A DNA stretch of 64,000 nt, taken from the NCBI GenBank assembly GCA_964270895.1, contig OZ185436.1; one strand, given 5' to 3'. The DNA comes from Podarcis filfolensis (taxonomy: Eukaryota). Within the stretch, counting starts at the first letter, position 1. Each line of letters opens with the position of its first letter. Below are positions 1 through 60,142 of the stretch, in pieces. The position numbers were made by a program, and so were the translations under genes. The notes under the pieces were generated by a model. That model saw nothing but the letters and a program-made list of their open reading frames with translations, did not search any database and had not been told where the DNA came from.

Positions 1-510
1 AACTGACTACATATCCCTAAATACATTAATTTGAAGCAACTCAGTTGGACATTTTTGATCACTGGGGCTTTTTTCTAAGTAGTGTATTCAAGCAGTAAAG
101 CTTTTTCTGAACTGTACTGTTTCATGCTATAGATATGAGTTGCTCAGCCATGATGAAAAAGCCCACTGTATACAAAAGAAAATAATGTGTTTGGGAGCAG
201 ACTAGGTTGCCTCTATTTGTTAACCTGACTCTTTTATATATGCTTGAAGTTAAGGGCTTTTCCTCTCCTACAGGGAGCAGTCAAACATCCTAGGCAGGAC
301 AGTCCGGTAAAACCTTTACCAAACAATTAAGTGGAATGTTTCAATTGGGCTTCAATAATTTCCAAAACATGAGGATAAGCCGTAGAGCTAACTTCCTATA
401 GACTGGCCCCAATTTGCAAGTTTTGTAGCCCTTCCTGTGTCTTTTTGATTACTGAAGACAAATGGGGTAGGAAGGAACAGTCCTTCCTACTGTTGTTATA
501 TATATAACAA

Positions 511-990
511 TTTAAAATACTCATTTTACATCCTTACTATATCAATGACTTCGCTTCTTCTCTTTCCATGGTTCATTTTACATATCATAAATCCCTGCAT
601 ATTTTACAAAAACTATACCATTCAGTATTCCATTATTGCATCCATCAAAACTTGTTTACACTGTTGGATTTATCTTAATGCTGCCAGCGTTTTCAGCTGT
701 ATACAATTATTTCCCATATATTCAATAAACGTTTTCCAGTCTTTTTTAAACATATGTTCTTCTTGTTCTCTTATTCTATATGTTAAGTCTGCAGGTTGTG
801 CATATTTTGTCAATTTAAGTTGCCATTCTTCTTTAGTTGGGACATCGCTCATTTTCCATTTTGGGGCTAACAAAACACGGGCTGCAGTGGTAGCATACAT
901 AGATAACCTTTTCTGACACCTGGGAATATCAGTCTGAATTAGCCCCAACAGAAAGGACTCTGGTTTGGGGGGGGAAGTACCTTTAATCAT
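511..990 (-). mobile_element. L1-clade LINE 3' fragment (ORF2 C-terminus plus 3' UTR)
   Basis: ORF 670..990(-) LLGLI...YATTAARVLLAPKWK...PTKEEW...KDWKTFIEY resembles the C-terminus of reptile/fish L1 ORF2. Boundaries are approximate. Confidence 0.7.
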
Positions 991-1746
991 TTTTTTTCAA
1001 TAGTGTTGACAATGATTTCTTAACAATCTGGTCCCTGTTGGTCCTGAAGCTGCTGTAGAGGCAAGAGGCTTTTGAAGTTGCTCATAGAATGAGGGAGGCC
1101 TGGCAAGTTTCTTCAGTGTTCAGTTATATGCTTCGCTGGCACCAAGGAAAGGGCAGAGCTGTGAGGTTTTCTTCATACCTAGCCAACATGGGTATCAAAA
1201 GGAAATGTTATAATAATATACGGTAATTAAATCTGCAACATTCCTATAGACCACTGGTGACTGAGTCCCTGCTATCAGTCTGGATGTGCAAAGTACCCCA
1301 AGGATATAACACCATGCCAAAGTTTTGAGTGCCCCCATAACCAACACCATTGATTCCAGAATATCTTGTTAGCAACCTCCCACAGGAAATAAAGCAATGC
1401 TTCAGTGACTAATGAGAAGTTGCTGCTCAAGGCTGCAGATCTTGGCAGCCCTGGATAGTTGCAAGCTGATTTACTTGGGATAATTGTCTAGGGAATTGTT
1501 TCTTGACTTAGAATGTAATTGCCGGTATGGAGTTCAGAAAAACCCATTAATGGGAACAGATAAACAGCTTCTATTTTGAAATATACTTCTTTCTGGTTTA
1601 AAGTTTAGTGGATGTGGTCTTATCCAAGCGTGGAAAGTGATGCATAGTTTAATAAGGAGACTGACTTACTTTATAATGCTGTTGTAAGGATTACAACTAG
1701 GTCACATACGTGAATTTAAAAGTGCTATTAAAGTGTTTATACTAAT

Positions 1747-1780
1747 GTAGTAGTAGTAGTAGTAGTAATAGTAGTAGTAG
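1747..1780. repeat. (GTA)n microsatellite
   Basis: gtagtagtag... with one interruption. Confidence 0.9.
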
Positions 1781-2578
1781 GAAATACTAAGTGGTTTTTT
1801 TCAGAATTAACATTATTGTGAGCAACGTGTCTTTGGTTAACAATAGTAATTGTTATATACTGTAGATTAGCCATTGCTTTTTGGGGTAACTGTAGAGCAT
1901 ATCCAACTGAGTTACTTAGAGTAGACCCAATGAAATCAATGGATGCAAGATTCATTAATTTCACTGAATCAACTCTGAATATAACTAAAGTTTTGATATT
2001 GGAAACAACCTTATGATCCTAACATTACTTGCTTGGAGTTAAAAGGAAGCCCCCAGAATGTAGTAAGGCCTTTGGACCAGAACCCATATCTTCAGGTTCT
2101 CAATATCATACATTTCTAATGCATATATGTTGACAAAAATGTGCTCTGCAACACAAATTAGAAGGCCACTCTCTGTATCAGCTTCTTGGCCCATGTATGT
2201 ATTTTTATTACTACTATTAAAAGACACTACAGTACACCTTTCAGTAATATTCTCGGGGCAACTATAGATTAAAACAGTAAAACAGCTTAGCAAAATAGTA
2301 ATCAGCACACAGCCTTTAAAGGGGGAAAATAAAGAGGTCTTTGCCTGGTGCTGAAAGTACATTAAATTGAGTGCCAGCTGAGATGGCCACCTATGTAACT
2401 TCAGAGACAGGAAGACATGGAGAAGTGCCTCCAGTGTATGTGATGATGCAGAAGTTCATGAACATGTCAGAGATGAAATAAGCATCCCTAAGTTCCCACC
2501 GGCATTTCATCTTTTTAAGATTCAGACAGACTTTGTCAAATAAACAAAGTTTAATTAGTGCATAATTTATTTTAATAG

Positions 2579-50643
<48,065 letters not shown>

Positions 50644-53600
50644 ACAGAGCTTTTTTCCACCTCTCAAAAGACTCTTGTTTGTATTTTAAAGTACTAGTGC
50701 TTTTACTGGTAACTAATTCATTACCTGATGATAACTTGTCAAAGCTTAGCTTTTTGCTCAGTTTATTGCGACTCTCTTTCTTTGACGAATGCAACAAAAT
50801 TTCTGTATAGCTTTTTAATTCACCATGCCCATGTTATTTAAGGGTAGTAGAATCTACTGTCATTATTAGCAGTACTATCTGGGTGTTGGGAGAGGAATTA
50901 ATGGGTAATGCCCAGTATCTGTGTTGATCTAGCTTCCATTTTCTTTCTTTCAGTTAATATTAGTTGTACCTCCTAATTGTCCGTATCAATGCAGTGCATA
51001 TGTTTGTTTACTTCCTGTGGAAATTGTATTTTTATAGTTTCATAATGAGGCTTAACGCAAATAAGGAAGAGAGATACAAGGACATAAGCCAAAAACATGA
51101 AAGGGATATATGCTTCTAGAAGACTAAAGTTTTAGTTTGGTTACAGATTTTATTAATTTATTTTGAGACTCAGGAATGAAAGTGCTGCACTATTACATTC
51201 TCACACCCATTAGCCTTATAAATAATTTGAATTTTCCAGTTTAGAAAGTAGTTATGCTGTAATAACTATTGAATAGTTGTGCCTTTTTTGTGCAAGAATT
51301 GTAGTAGGGTCTCCTCTCACCTAAAAATAGTCAGCATACACTTCACCAGTTGCTGCAAGTACCAAGACCCTCTGCTATTTACCTGTAAATGAAATTTTTA
51401 TTATAGTTATTATTTGACTATGCAGGGTGTTTTTTTAAAAAACAGGAACAGTTTTATTTTAATGAAGAGTTTATTTTAAGCTGAGTCTTTTTTAAAGAAA
51501 ATAATGTTGATATAAAGTGGGTGATCGTGTATTTTTTTAGTTCTTTGCAAATGTTAAATACCTCAACAGAAACTGGCCACATTTGGGCATCATGCTAAAT
51601 CAGCACTGGTGAACGTCTTTAGCTCCATGGGCCAGATCCTTATCCAAATATGTCCCGTGGGTTAAACTTGGACAGGTGAGTGACCTACCTGTCAATCTCT
51701 TGGTGTTACAAATGACATTTCTATCCTTTGGAGTGCCAAACGTCTGGAAGGCAAGGCACTCCTAAAAGCAAGCTTTCCACCTTTGTCTGCAGTGAAACAG
51801 CTTCTGAAATTAAGGGAAAAACTTGCTTCTAGCAGCACCTTGCTGCCTGCTGCATACTTAGAAAATTAGCCAAATTGAGCAAGTAGGGGTACACAACAGA
51901 GTTTCCTATAAGGAGCTCTCTTGCACGCCCAGATCCAGCAAGGTTGCCCTTGCTGGGTTCCTGCTTTGTGCAGCACTTCAGAGGCTCCCGACAATCAGTT
52001 TGTTATTAGATGTTTTGGAAGATGCACAAGGAGGCTTTGGCCAAGGGTGCCTTTTTGGCTGAGTCAAGCCCCACCTTTACCTGTATGATGCCATGTGTAG
52101 GGAACACCCAAACCACCCTGATGGGCCAAAATTGGCCATAAAAAACAAGGAAATGCAAAACTGGCCTGCAAGAGTAAGGTTCCTCACCTGCTTGCTAAAA
52201 AAAAAAAAAAAATAGCTCCAAGGATGAGTCATCTGAATCCTAATCTGTGGCCAATGCTGATTAGAATATTCAGATTTATAACCCGTGGTTTTAAGTTGCC
52301 TTGTTTCAGTGAGCCAAAGCAACAAAGAATTCCAGTTTGTCGAGTCTGAAGAATATGGCAAGTTGTGGTGAATCTACACTAGAAATGAAAGCTTCCACAT
52401 TCCTCCTGGGTGCATGGGAGTGGGGCTCATACAAGCCCAAAGCCCACTGTGGTTTATTGGCCAAGGCTCCAATGTGGCCAGTGAGTCTCAATGAGCATCT
52501 CTTGACCTGATACTGTGGCCTGGATTAGGACCCTTATACTGCACGAGTGTCATGGAAATGTGAATAAGGGAGGGTACACAAAAGAGCTGCTCAGTCCTCA
52601 CAGACTGACTTCTGCAACAAGAAATATTTTTATTTTTGTTGTGCTGTCTATACGGTTGTGACCTTCCCACCTGAACGTGTGCATGCCCTAGCTCTACTGA
52701 GGTCAGTGCAGTTACTGTTCAATTTAAGCAGAACAAAAATTTCCCCAAGGATTTAGCTGGTATAATTAATACTTTGTGTCGGCATGTAATCTACAATATG
52801 CACAGGTAGCCAAAGAAGTAACAACATGCCACCACATATAGTATAAATTTGGACTGGAAACGTCACATGGTTTCTTGTGGACTTTTCTTCCTTCCTTCTT
52901 TCATACAATGGCTGCTGGGAAGTTCGGTGTCTACAACAACCAGCAGTGTGGTTCTTTGATGCCATAGCAGTAAGGAACTCAAAGGTTGACCTGGAGTAAT
53001 TGTTTCTAAATTCCAATTCTCAAAGCTTCTCAAATGCCTGGCTGTTCTGTATTTACTGGGCCCAGAAGTAGGTCGCTGTGCAAATGCAGTGTTGCCAATC
53101 TGACAGGAAACAAGACTGCCAATAAAATACAAAGGTGAAGTTTTTCCAGAGGTTCAACAAAAAAGAACGTGATGTTTACAAAGTGAATATTCTCTAGGTC
53201 TGGTCTTTGGACTGTGGGTGACATCCAGCTGTGGCAGCCCACTTGTGCAACAGATTTCTGCTCAGGCAATAGGTGTTCCCTTTCTTTTCCTTCTTCCTAC
53301 AATCCCCAACTGATCCAAAACTGCCATGAAGATTTGGAGAACCCTCTGGAATAGATCAGAGACATGGGGTGGGGGGCTACAAGAGGCAGGAGAGCGGTGG
53401 GGTCCCATCACATTATCTGATGTGACATTGGATATCACCCACTGCCTGGTGTTGGAATTGTAACATAAACACCTTCTTTTCAACCCTAAGTGTTAATAAT
53501 TAACATTTAACAGGGAGCGGTTTAGAACAAGAAATCTTAGTGCCTAATTCTAACACTGTGAGTGTATGTGACTGTGAACAATCCTTATTGTGATGCTTAA

Positions 53601-53764
53601 AAAAATGTCAATGCAGGGAATATTTCATGGAAAATTTGAAAGTCGTACAAAGATACTGTGACAAAGTTGTATTTGTATATTGAAAACAAAGTTTTTGTTT
53701 GGTTTATTTGCTTGAGAAATAAAGATATGCTTTAACACATAAGCATTGCCTGAAAATGATTAAA
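50644..53764 (+). other. Probable NUP210 3' UTR (end uncertain)
   Basis: Follows the stop codon. The first AATAAA is at 53121; an AT-rich block with TGTA motifs precedes AATAAA 53718 and ATTAAA 53759. The end is inferred. Confidence 0.5.
53718..53723 (+). terminator. Candidate polyadenylation signal AATAAA
   Basis: Preceded by TGTA motifs (gttgtatttgtata) and T-rich sequence. Alternatives at 53121, 53759 (ATTAAA) and 54134. Confidence 0.5.
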
Positions 53765-55912
53765 TATACACATTCAACCTTAGACATTTTTGTAATATAA
53801 TCATGATGAGATGGATGTATAAATTGGTAACAAGAGAAGGGAAAACTTATAAATGCAATACATCATCATCATCATCATAATTTAAAACAACAACAACAAA
53901 AGGCTCTGGAAGAAGAGCAGGGGGGCGTTGACAATGTCCATGTTTTTGTTTTCTCACCCAGCTGTCAAAGGAAAAGCCTCTACATCTGGGGATAGCATTT
54001 CCTTCTAATTCAAAGACAGCTATTGAGTTCATTGGGAGATGACCAGAGGCTCCCTGCTGCCCTAGGAATGTCTTTCAAGTAAAGTAGGCAGTGGCATCTG
54101 AGTTAAATTCTTATAAGCTCTGTTTTTACCCTAAATAAACTGTGTTTTATTTTGCTCTGTGAACCTTCCTCTTTCTGGGTACCAAAATAGAGTGATAGGG
54201 GAATAGGAAAGGGATGGAATATATAAGACCTTTTTCTAATGATGATGGTTGCCCTGGTTAGTCCACCTAATATGTTTCTAGCTTTAAAATTTCTGCACCT
54301 ACTGTGCTTAAACACTCTAGTGCCTAACATTTTACTGAAAAGCAGGTGTTGCAGTTTTCTGTGAGAAACTGAAGCACCCCCAAATGTAGAGAGAGCTAAA
54401 AAGAAAGTGTGTTTGGGTTGTTAGCAGCTGATTATAGTTTTGTGGGTTTATTGGCATTTCTTTTTAATAGGAACCATGTGAGGGTCAACTCAAAGAGGTT
54501 GGTAAAAAAACAACAACACACATTGCTTAAAATGTATAGGCACATAACATTTTGAAGGTTTCTAATTTTGTGCTCTTTCCACTGAATTCAGTAGAGAATT
54601 GGATGTTAACTGCTCTTGAGCTGTGGTTGGCTGTAGTGCACATGTCCAAACACTGTTATTAAGACAAGTGGCTCTGAAGAACCCTTGGGAAGTCTGAACC
54701 CTGAAGGCTCTCCAAGCTATTGGTTCCAGACAAAACACAGTCCAACCACAAGAGGAAGATACTGATGTGTCTAGACTGGCTGCTTTCCTTTTTAACATGG
54801 CCTGCCACAGAAAACAGCCTGTGAATGTTCTGTGATCTGTCACTGATTTATCCTTCTTGCCTGATTTTCCCACACTTAAACTTGTATTTCTATAGCATCA
54901 TATTATTTCCATAACTGGCTTAAACTTAATGATGTGTGATTAGAATTTGTTTCTTTTCCATACTACTGGATCGGTCTTTTATTCTTCCCCTTCTGTGATA
55001 CTTGGAAGAGAGTGAGCAATCCAGAAGAAAGAGAACATGGAACAGAGAAAGGCACATGTAGTGGTTGTGCCCAAGTGGCAGCCATGACACCTACCTACAA
55101 CATTTCATAGATTCTTGTAATTGCGAGCACAGTACCATTGTACATTGTTGAAGGCGGAACCTGCTATATATGGTATTTATTTATTTATTTGCTTACAGTG
55201 AGTACATGACAGTGGGGTCCCAGTGTTAAATGCAGATTTTTTATATTGGGACTGAGGAACTTGAGGTCCAGGAGCCAAATGCCAGAGGGTTCTCTATCTG
55301 AGCCTTAGATCTCTCCCCAGCCCACACCCTTCCCTGCTTCACACCACAACTGTTTGCCTGGTTGGAATATGTCCTGGAACCCTTAGTTCCACTTGCCTAT
55401 CTTGATGGAGTGGGGCGTGTGAATGTATGTAGAAACTAGCCTACTGTACAAAGATAAAGTTTACATTTCTTGCTCTGCCCACTCTTGCCTTTTGCCTTGC
55501 CCATCACTGGCAGGTGAGCCTCAGAAGGTTGCCAGAAGGGAATGCAGTGCTTGGGCTGACTGAGGTTCCCCATTCCTGTTCTAGTTACTCGGATATTGCT
55601 TCATTGTTATGTATCTGGTCTGCAGAATATGCAAGGTATGTGTTAAATTCAAATTAATCTGGAAAAGCACTGAGGGTACAGTGAAGGCAATTCCCTACTT
55701 AAGATTCATCTAGATTTTAGAGTGATTCTTCAACCTTTTTCCTTCAACAACACTGGCATAAATATTTAATCTTGATGTTCTTATGTCCACATGGGTCTTT
55801 TCACTGCATGGACAAATTTCCATTGTGGACAGTGTTCTTTGAAACCAAATTCATAAATTCTTGGCTCTGACTTACCAGGTCCGGTGGAAGACTGAAGCTA
55901 AGGCCCTTTATT

Positions 55913-55995
55913 CTTCTTGTTGTTGTTTAGTCGTTTAGTCATGTCCGACTCTTCGTGACCCCATGGACCAGAGCACGCCAGGCACTCCTGTCTTC
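55913..55995 (-). mobile_element. BovB/RTE LINE extreme 3' end (83 bp) with a 12-bp TSD
   Basis: gttgttgtttagtcgtttagtcatgtccgactcttcgtgaccccatggacc is the antisense BovB tail. TSD AGGCCCTTTATT at 55901-55912 and 55996-56007. Confidence 0.85.
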
Positions 55996-57608
55996 AGGCC
56001 CTTTATTAATAGCTGCTAAAGTTTTTACTGTATTTGGCCATAGTCATCCTGCCCCTTGTTGCATGTCTCCAACAATGAGAAGTCATGCTGATCTTCCTAA
56101 ATTGATCTAAATACATATCCTCTAAGTGTCTGAAATACACACTGAGTTTTAAATGTGTACGCACTCCTGTTGTTTGTGTAGGGTGTCCTCAAGTATCACA
56201 GGGCGTTTCCTACTCCCAGAATGGTAGGACTCCAGCTGGAAAGTACATTTGGCACAAACAAACCGTAGTGTATTACAGCTTTAATAAATAGGTTTCTTCC
56301 CCTACCAGGTAATGTATTCCAAACTCATCCCCATACACTACTTTTCTTCTTTTTCTTTTTTAGATGCTCAAGTATGAAAGTCACAGCGTGTATAAGAACA
56401 ACCCTTCTGCGTTCAGGGTATTTGCTCAGTGCTTAGCATTAGTAAGGATTACAAAACAGACACTGGCATGGATCATCTTGAAATAAGTCTGCTAAAATCA
56501 CAGTTAAATTGTGTCATCAGCTGTTGAATGAACTCATTCCTCCAAGGGATGGAAATGTCATGGTAATAAAGCTGAAGATATTTACTGAGTGGTAGCTGGC
56601 ACAGAGTCAAGAACAGGGCTAGATCAGAAATAATGAATACTCCTCAAAAACAACACCAACACAGGTGATTACAGAAGAATTACCTAAGATAAATTAACAT
56701 ACTAGAGGTCTTTCTCCACCTCTTCCCAATTTAAACTTGCATTAGGATTAGTAGATTTCCCGATTCCCTATTTTGCCCAATTAAAGTTACCCTCAGGTTT
56801 TCTATGCTTTTCATGTGCAGACCATGCCAGAATCAGAGTATAGGATTTCATTCCAACCCGTTAGCAAAATGGCTCAGATCTGTCGCAAAGGATTTATAGC
56901 CTGAACTAAATGATGAGGCCACTTTCTTCAGGCAATGTGCAGTTGCTAAAATGTGCATTAAGCTGAGGAACTGCCGGGTGCGGTTTCTTTTCCTTTTAAT
57001 AGTTAACGGCATTTCCCTGCACTGTCTCATGCCCAGAACTATAAATTGGACAGGAAATGTCCTGAAGTAGAATCAATGATATCTGGTCCCTAAAAACTAG
57101 ATTAGATTTATGAAATGTGCCTTTCCTCTTGAGAACTATGCTGCCTGTGATGCCACAGTCCTGCTCTGACTGAGGATGAGCAGAGACATATGGTTCCATT
57201 CTGTGAAGTTTTGAAGAACTAGGAATACAGCCATTCACTTGCCTGAACTCTGGAATTAAATTTGGAAGCTGGAATGCACCAAAGGTTTAGTGTAGTAGTG
57301 GAAATAGGGAATGGGAGGGTAGCCATGTTCTCCAGTCACTGCTGCATACTAACTAGCCCCATTAGAACTGACAGTTTTGTTGTTCTTGTAGAAAGGAGTA
57401 GCCTGGCAGTGCCTTCATGGGTACTTGTTCCAAGCAGAAGGAAACCAACCTTGAACTGACAGTTGGGAAAGTGAGGAGAGGTCAAGGGGAAGAAAAAGAG
57501 CCTTTGAATTCTGATACAGCTGGAATGTCAATCTGGAAGAGCGGTTGGGCGAGGGTTTGTGGTCACTGCTAGTTCCACTCCCAGCTGGATACTTAATCTT
57601 TGCAAGAC

Positions 57609-57819
57609 TAGGGTGGCCATACACCAAGAATTTCCCAGACATATCTGGAATACCGCATCCATCAACAGCATCCAGGCAGAAATTGGATAAATGTTTTGGA
57701 AAATCTGGATGTATGGCACACCAAGTCAGCAGTGCTGATTTTGCCTTAAAATAGTTCAAAATGATGAAAAAGCTCAACAACTTTTCTGTCTTTTCACTGT
57801 TTGAAATATGACAACCCTA
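57609..57819. mobile_element. Old hAT-like MITE, 211 bp
   Basis: TAGGGTGGCCATA...TATGACAACCCTA (11/13 inverted match). No TSD retained. Confidence 0.55.
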
Positions 57820-59220
57820 TTTTATTAAAGATTTTCTTGTTTTACAGAAGTAAGTGTAATGTCTCTCGTATTTTTTCCATGTAACATATTTACAAATCCG
57901 TTTCATTTGTTGAGACATTAGGAGGAGGAAAAAAAAGTGGTGGAGGGGGGGAAGATGGGTGGGGTGGGGTCAGGAGGCGATGTTTCTATTATGCTTAATG
58001 TATGTAGGGTTTGGTGTCAGCGTTGCTTGTGCTGTTCACTTGATATGACAACCCTATTAACTAGTCACATGTATTCTATTTCTCCAGGGCTAAGTTGTTT
58101 AAAGCAGTTATGTGGGGAGCCCCAGATCTGTCTATCTGGCCCTCAGAAGTCTACCCACTCTTCCAAGGTTGCACCCCTCACTGCTCTCATTCATACATGC
58201 ATTCTACATACAAAGAGCTTGCTGGAATATGTCCTTCAAGTTTAATAGAATCTTTTACATATGGAGGATAGAGAGGGGTGCAGGAATACCTGCAGAAACT
58301 AGTATATTGTACAAAGGCAAAATTTACAGCATTTTTGTAATTTACACCCATCTACCACTGTCATGCAGTCCTGCAGTTGCCCAGAAGGGAATGTGGCCCA
58401 TCTATGCAGTAAGTGAAGAGTGTCCTTCTTTCTCATTTGACTCCCAGCTTTTGTCTGTGAAACTAGAGGTTCACTAACACAGGATAATCAGGTTTGTTAG
58501 GCAACAGTAGATCTGCAGGTAATTATTGTAATTTTAAGTTAGTCCTTTTACACCACCTGCCCTCTTGAAGGGTAGTTTATGATATATGTGCACAGCATAT
58601 TTTGCAATGGAAAGAATTTCATTTAAATTTGTGACAGGCAGATAAATATTTAGTATCACATTATTGTATATTGAATGAGGCCCATTATTACTCTCTGCTA
58701 CAAGTGTGTACCATCATTACTCAGCTCTGGAGTTTATGACTATGCTTTATAGGATGCATATTGAACATTCATCTTCACTTAGCCTCTGGCACTTATGAAA
58801 AATACCTTGTGCAGTAAGCTGACTCCCCCCCACCCCACCCTCAAGAGCCTGCTTCTCTGAATGAAGTTTAGAGTTGACTTTATGGGTGCAGGGTTTGTTG
58901 TTGTCACTGCTTTTTATATAAATAGTCAGAAAACTAGCTCCTGTTACTCATGGCTGTAGGAGCAGGATTCTGGGTTAGAGGGATATTTGCATATTGGCTA
59001 CACTGATTTGTATATATGGTTGTATTTCATAGGCAGCAAACTAAAACCTAATTATACTTCCTGCATTTTGTGAAAATTACGCATTGAAGGGTTAGTGCAG
59101 AGGTTAATATTAACAGCACAATCCTATGTCCACTTGCCTGGGAGTAAGCACCATTGAATACCAGGGAACATACTACTAAGTAAGCACGTAGAAGAACGGG
59201 TAATCCTGTAAAAAGATTTA

Positions 59221-59804
59221 CCGTATTTTTTGCACCATAGGGCGCACCGGACCATAGGGCGCACCTAGTTTTGGGAGGCGGAAAACAAGAAAAAATTATT
59301 CTGAACCCCAGAAGCCAGAACAGCAAGAGGGATCTGGCTTCTGGGATACCGTGTGGCTATTGTGGCTTCTGGGGTAACCGCGCCAAGCCTCTTCAGGGCA
59401 GCGGGATGAAGGCTCCCCCTGCCCAAAGAGGCTGCGCAGGGCTAAAGCAGAAGCCAGGACAGATGCGTCGCTGAAGGGGCACTGCGCCTTCTCTCTCTCT
59501 GCGCAGCGCCCCTCCTTCACAGGAGAGGTGCTGCGCAGAGAGGGAGAAGGTGCAGCGCCCTTCAGCGAAGCTGGAGAAGGAACAGAAGAAGACCCTTCTG
59601 TTCCTCCTCGGGCTTCGCTGGACAGGCGTGTCGCTGCGAAGCGGGAGGAGGAACAGAAGGAGACCCTTCTGTTCCTCCTCCGGCTTCCAGAACACGCGCG
59701 TCGCCGCGAAGCCAAGGAGCCTGCATTCGCTCCATAGGACACACACACATTTCCCCTTCATTTTTGGAGGGGAAAAAGTGCGTCCTATAAAGCGAAAAAT
59801 ACGG
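59221..59804. mobile_element. Tigger/pogo-type non-autonomous DNA transposon, 584 bp, GC-rich
   Basis: TA|CCGTATTTTTTGC...GCGAAAAATACGG|TA (12/13 TIR match, TA duplication); internal hairpins. Confidence 0.85.
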
Positions 59805-60015
59805 TATGTTCATCCTAGTAATTTTGGAGCACTCTATTACCGCCTGCCTTGCCCATCCCAGCCCCATCATTCTTACCTCTCGAGGTGCTTTTCAATGTTT
59901 AGCAGGGAATGCACAGCTGTCTGGACTGGGGGCAGGGCTGTGGAGTAGATGGAGGTGGCATTTTCAGTCTTGTCTGGAGTAGCAAAACATCCTGAATATT
60001 AACAGCAACCTAATC

Positions 60016-60142
60016 CAGAGGTGGGGATCCTGTTGCTCTCCAGGTGTTCCTATATTAACAGCTCCCATCATCCCTAACCACTGACCATACTGACCGGGCT
60101 TTATGGGAGTTGGGGTCCAACAATATCTGAAGGATGTGGTTC
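60016..60142. mobile_element. Short palindromic MITE-like repeat (same family as 10721)
   Basis: cagctcccatcatcc...tatgggagttgggg inverted core. Confidence 0.5.

Noticed and set aside
56182-56430. Two acceptor-like sites and a short ORF MLKYESHSVYK..., possibly the next gene (IQSEC1 follows NUP210 in mammals)
   Set aside because: No recognisable similarity to IQSEC1, no promoter or CpG island, and no consistent exon chain.
59271-59948. Pile-up of six ORFs on both strands
   Set aside because: All lie in a GC-rich palindromic non-autonomous transposon. The lack of stops follows from composition, and there is no transposase motif.
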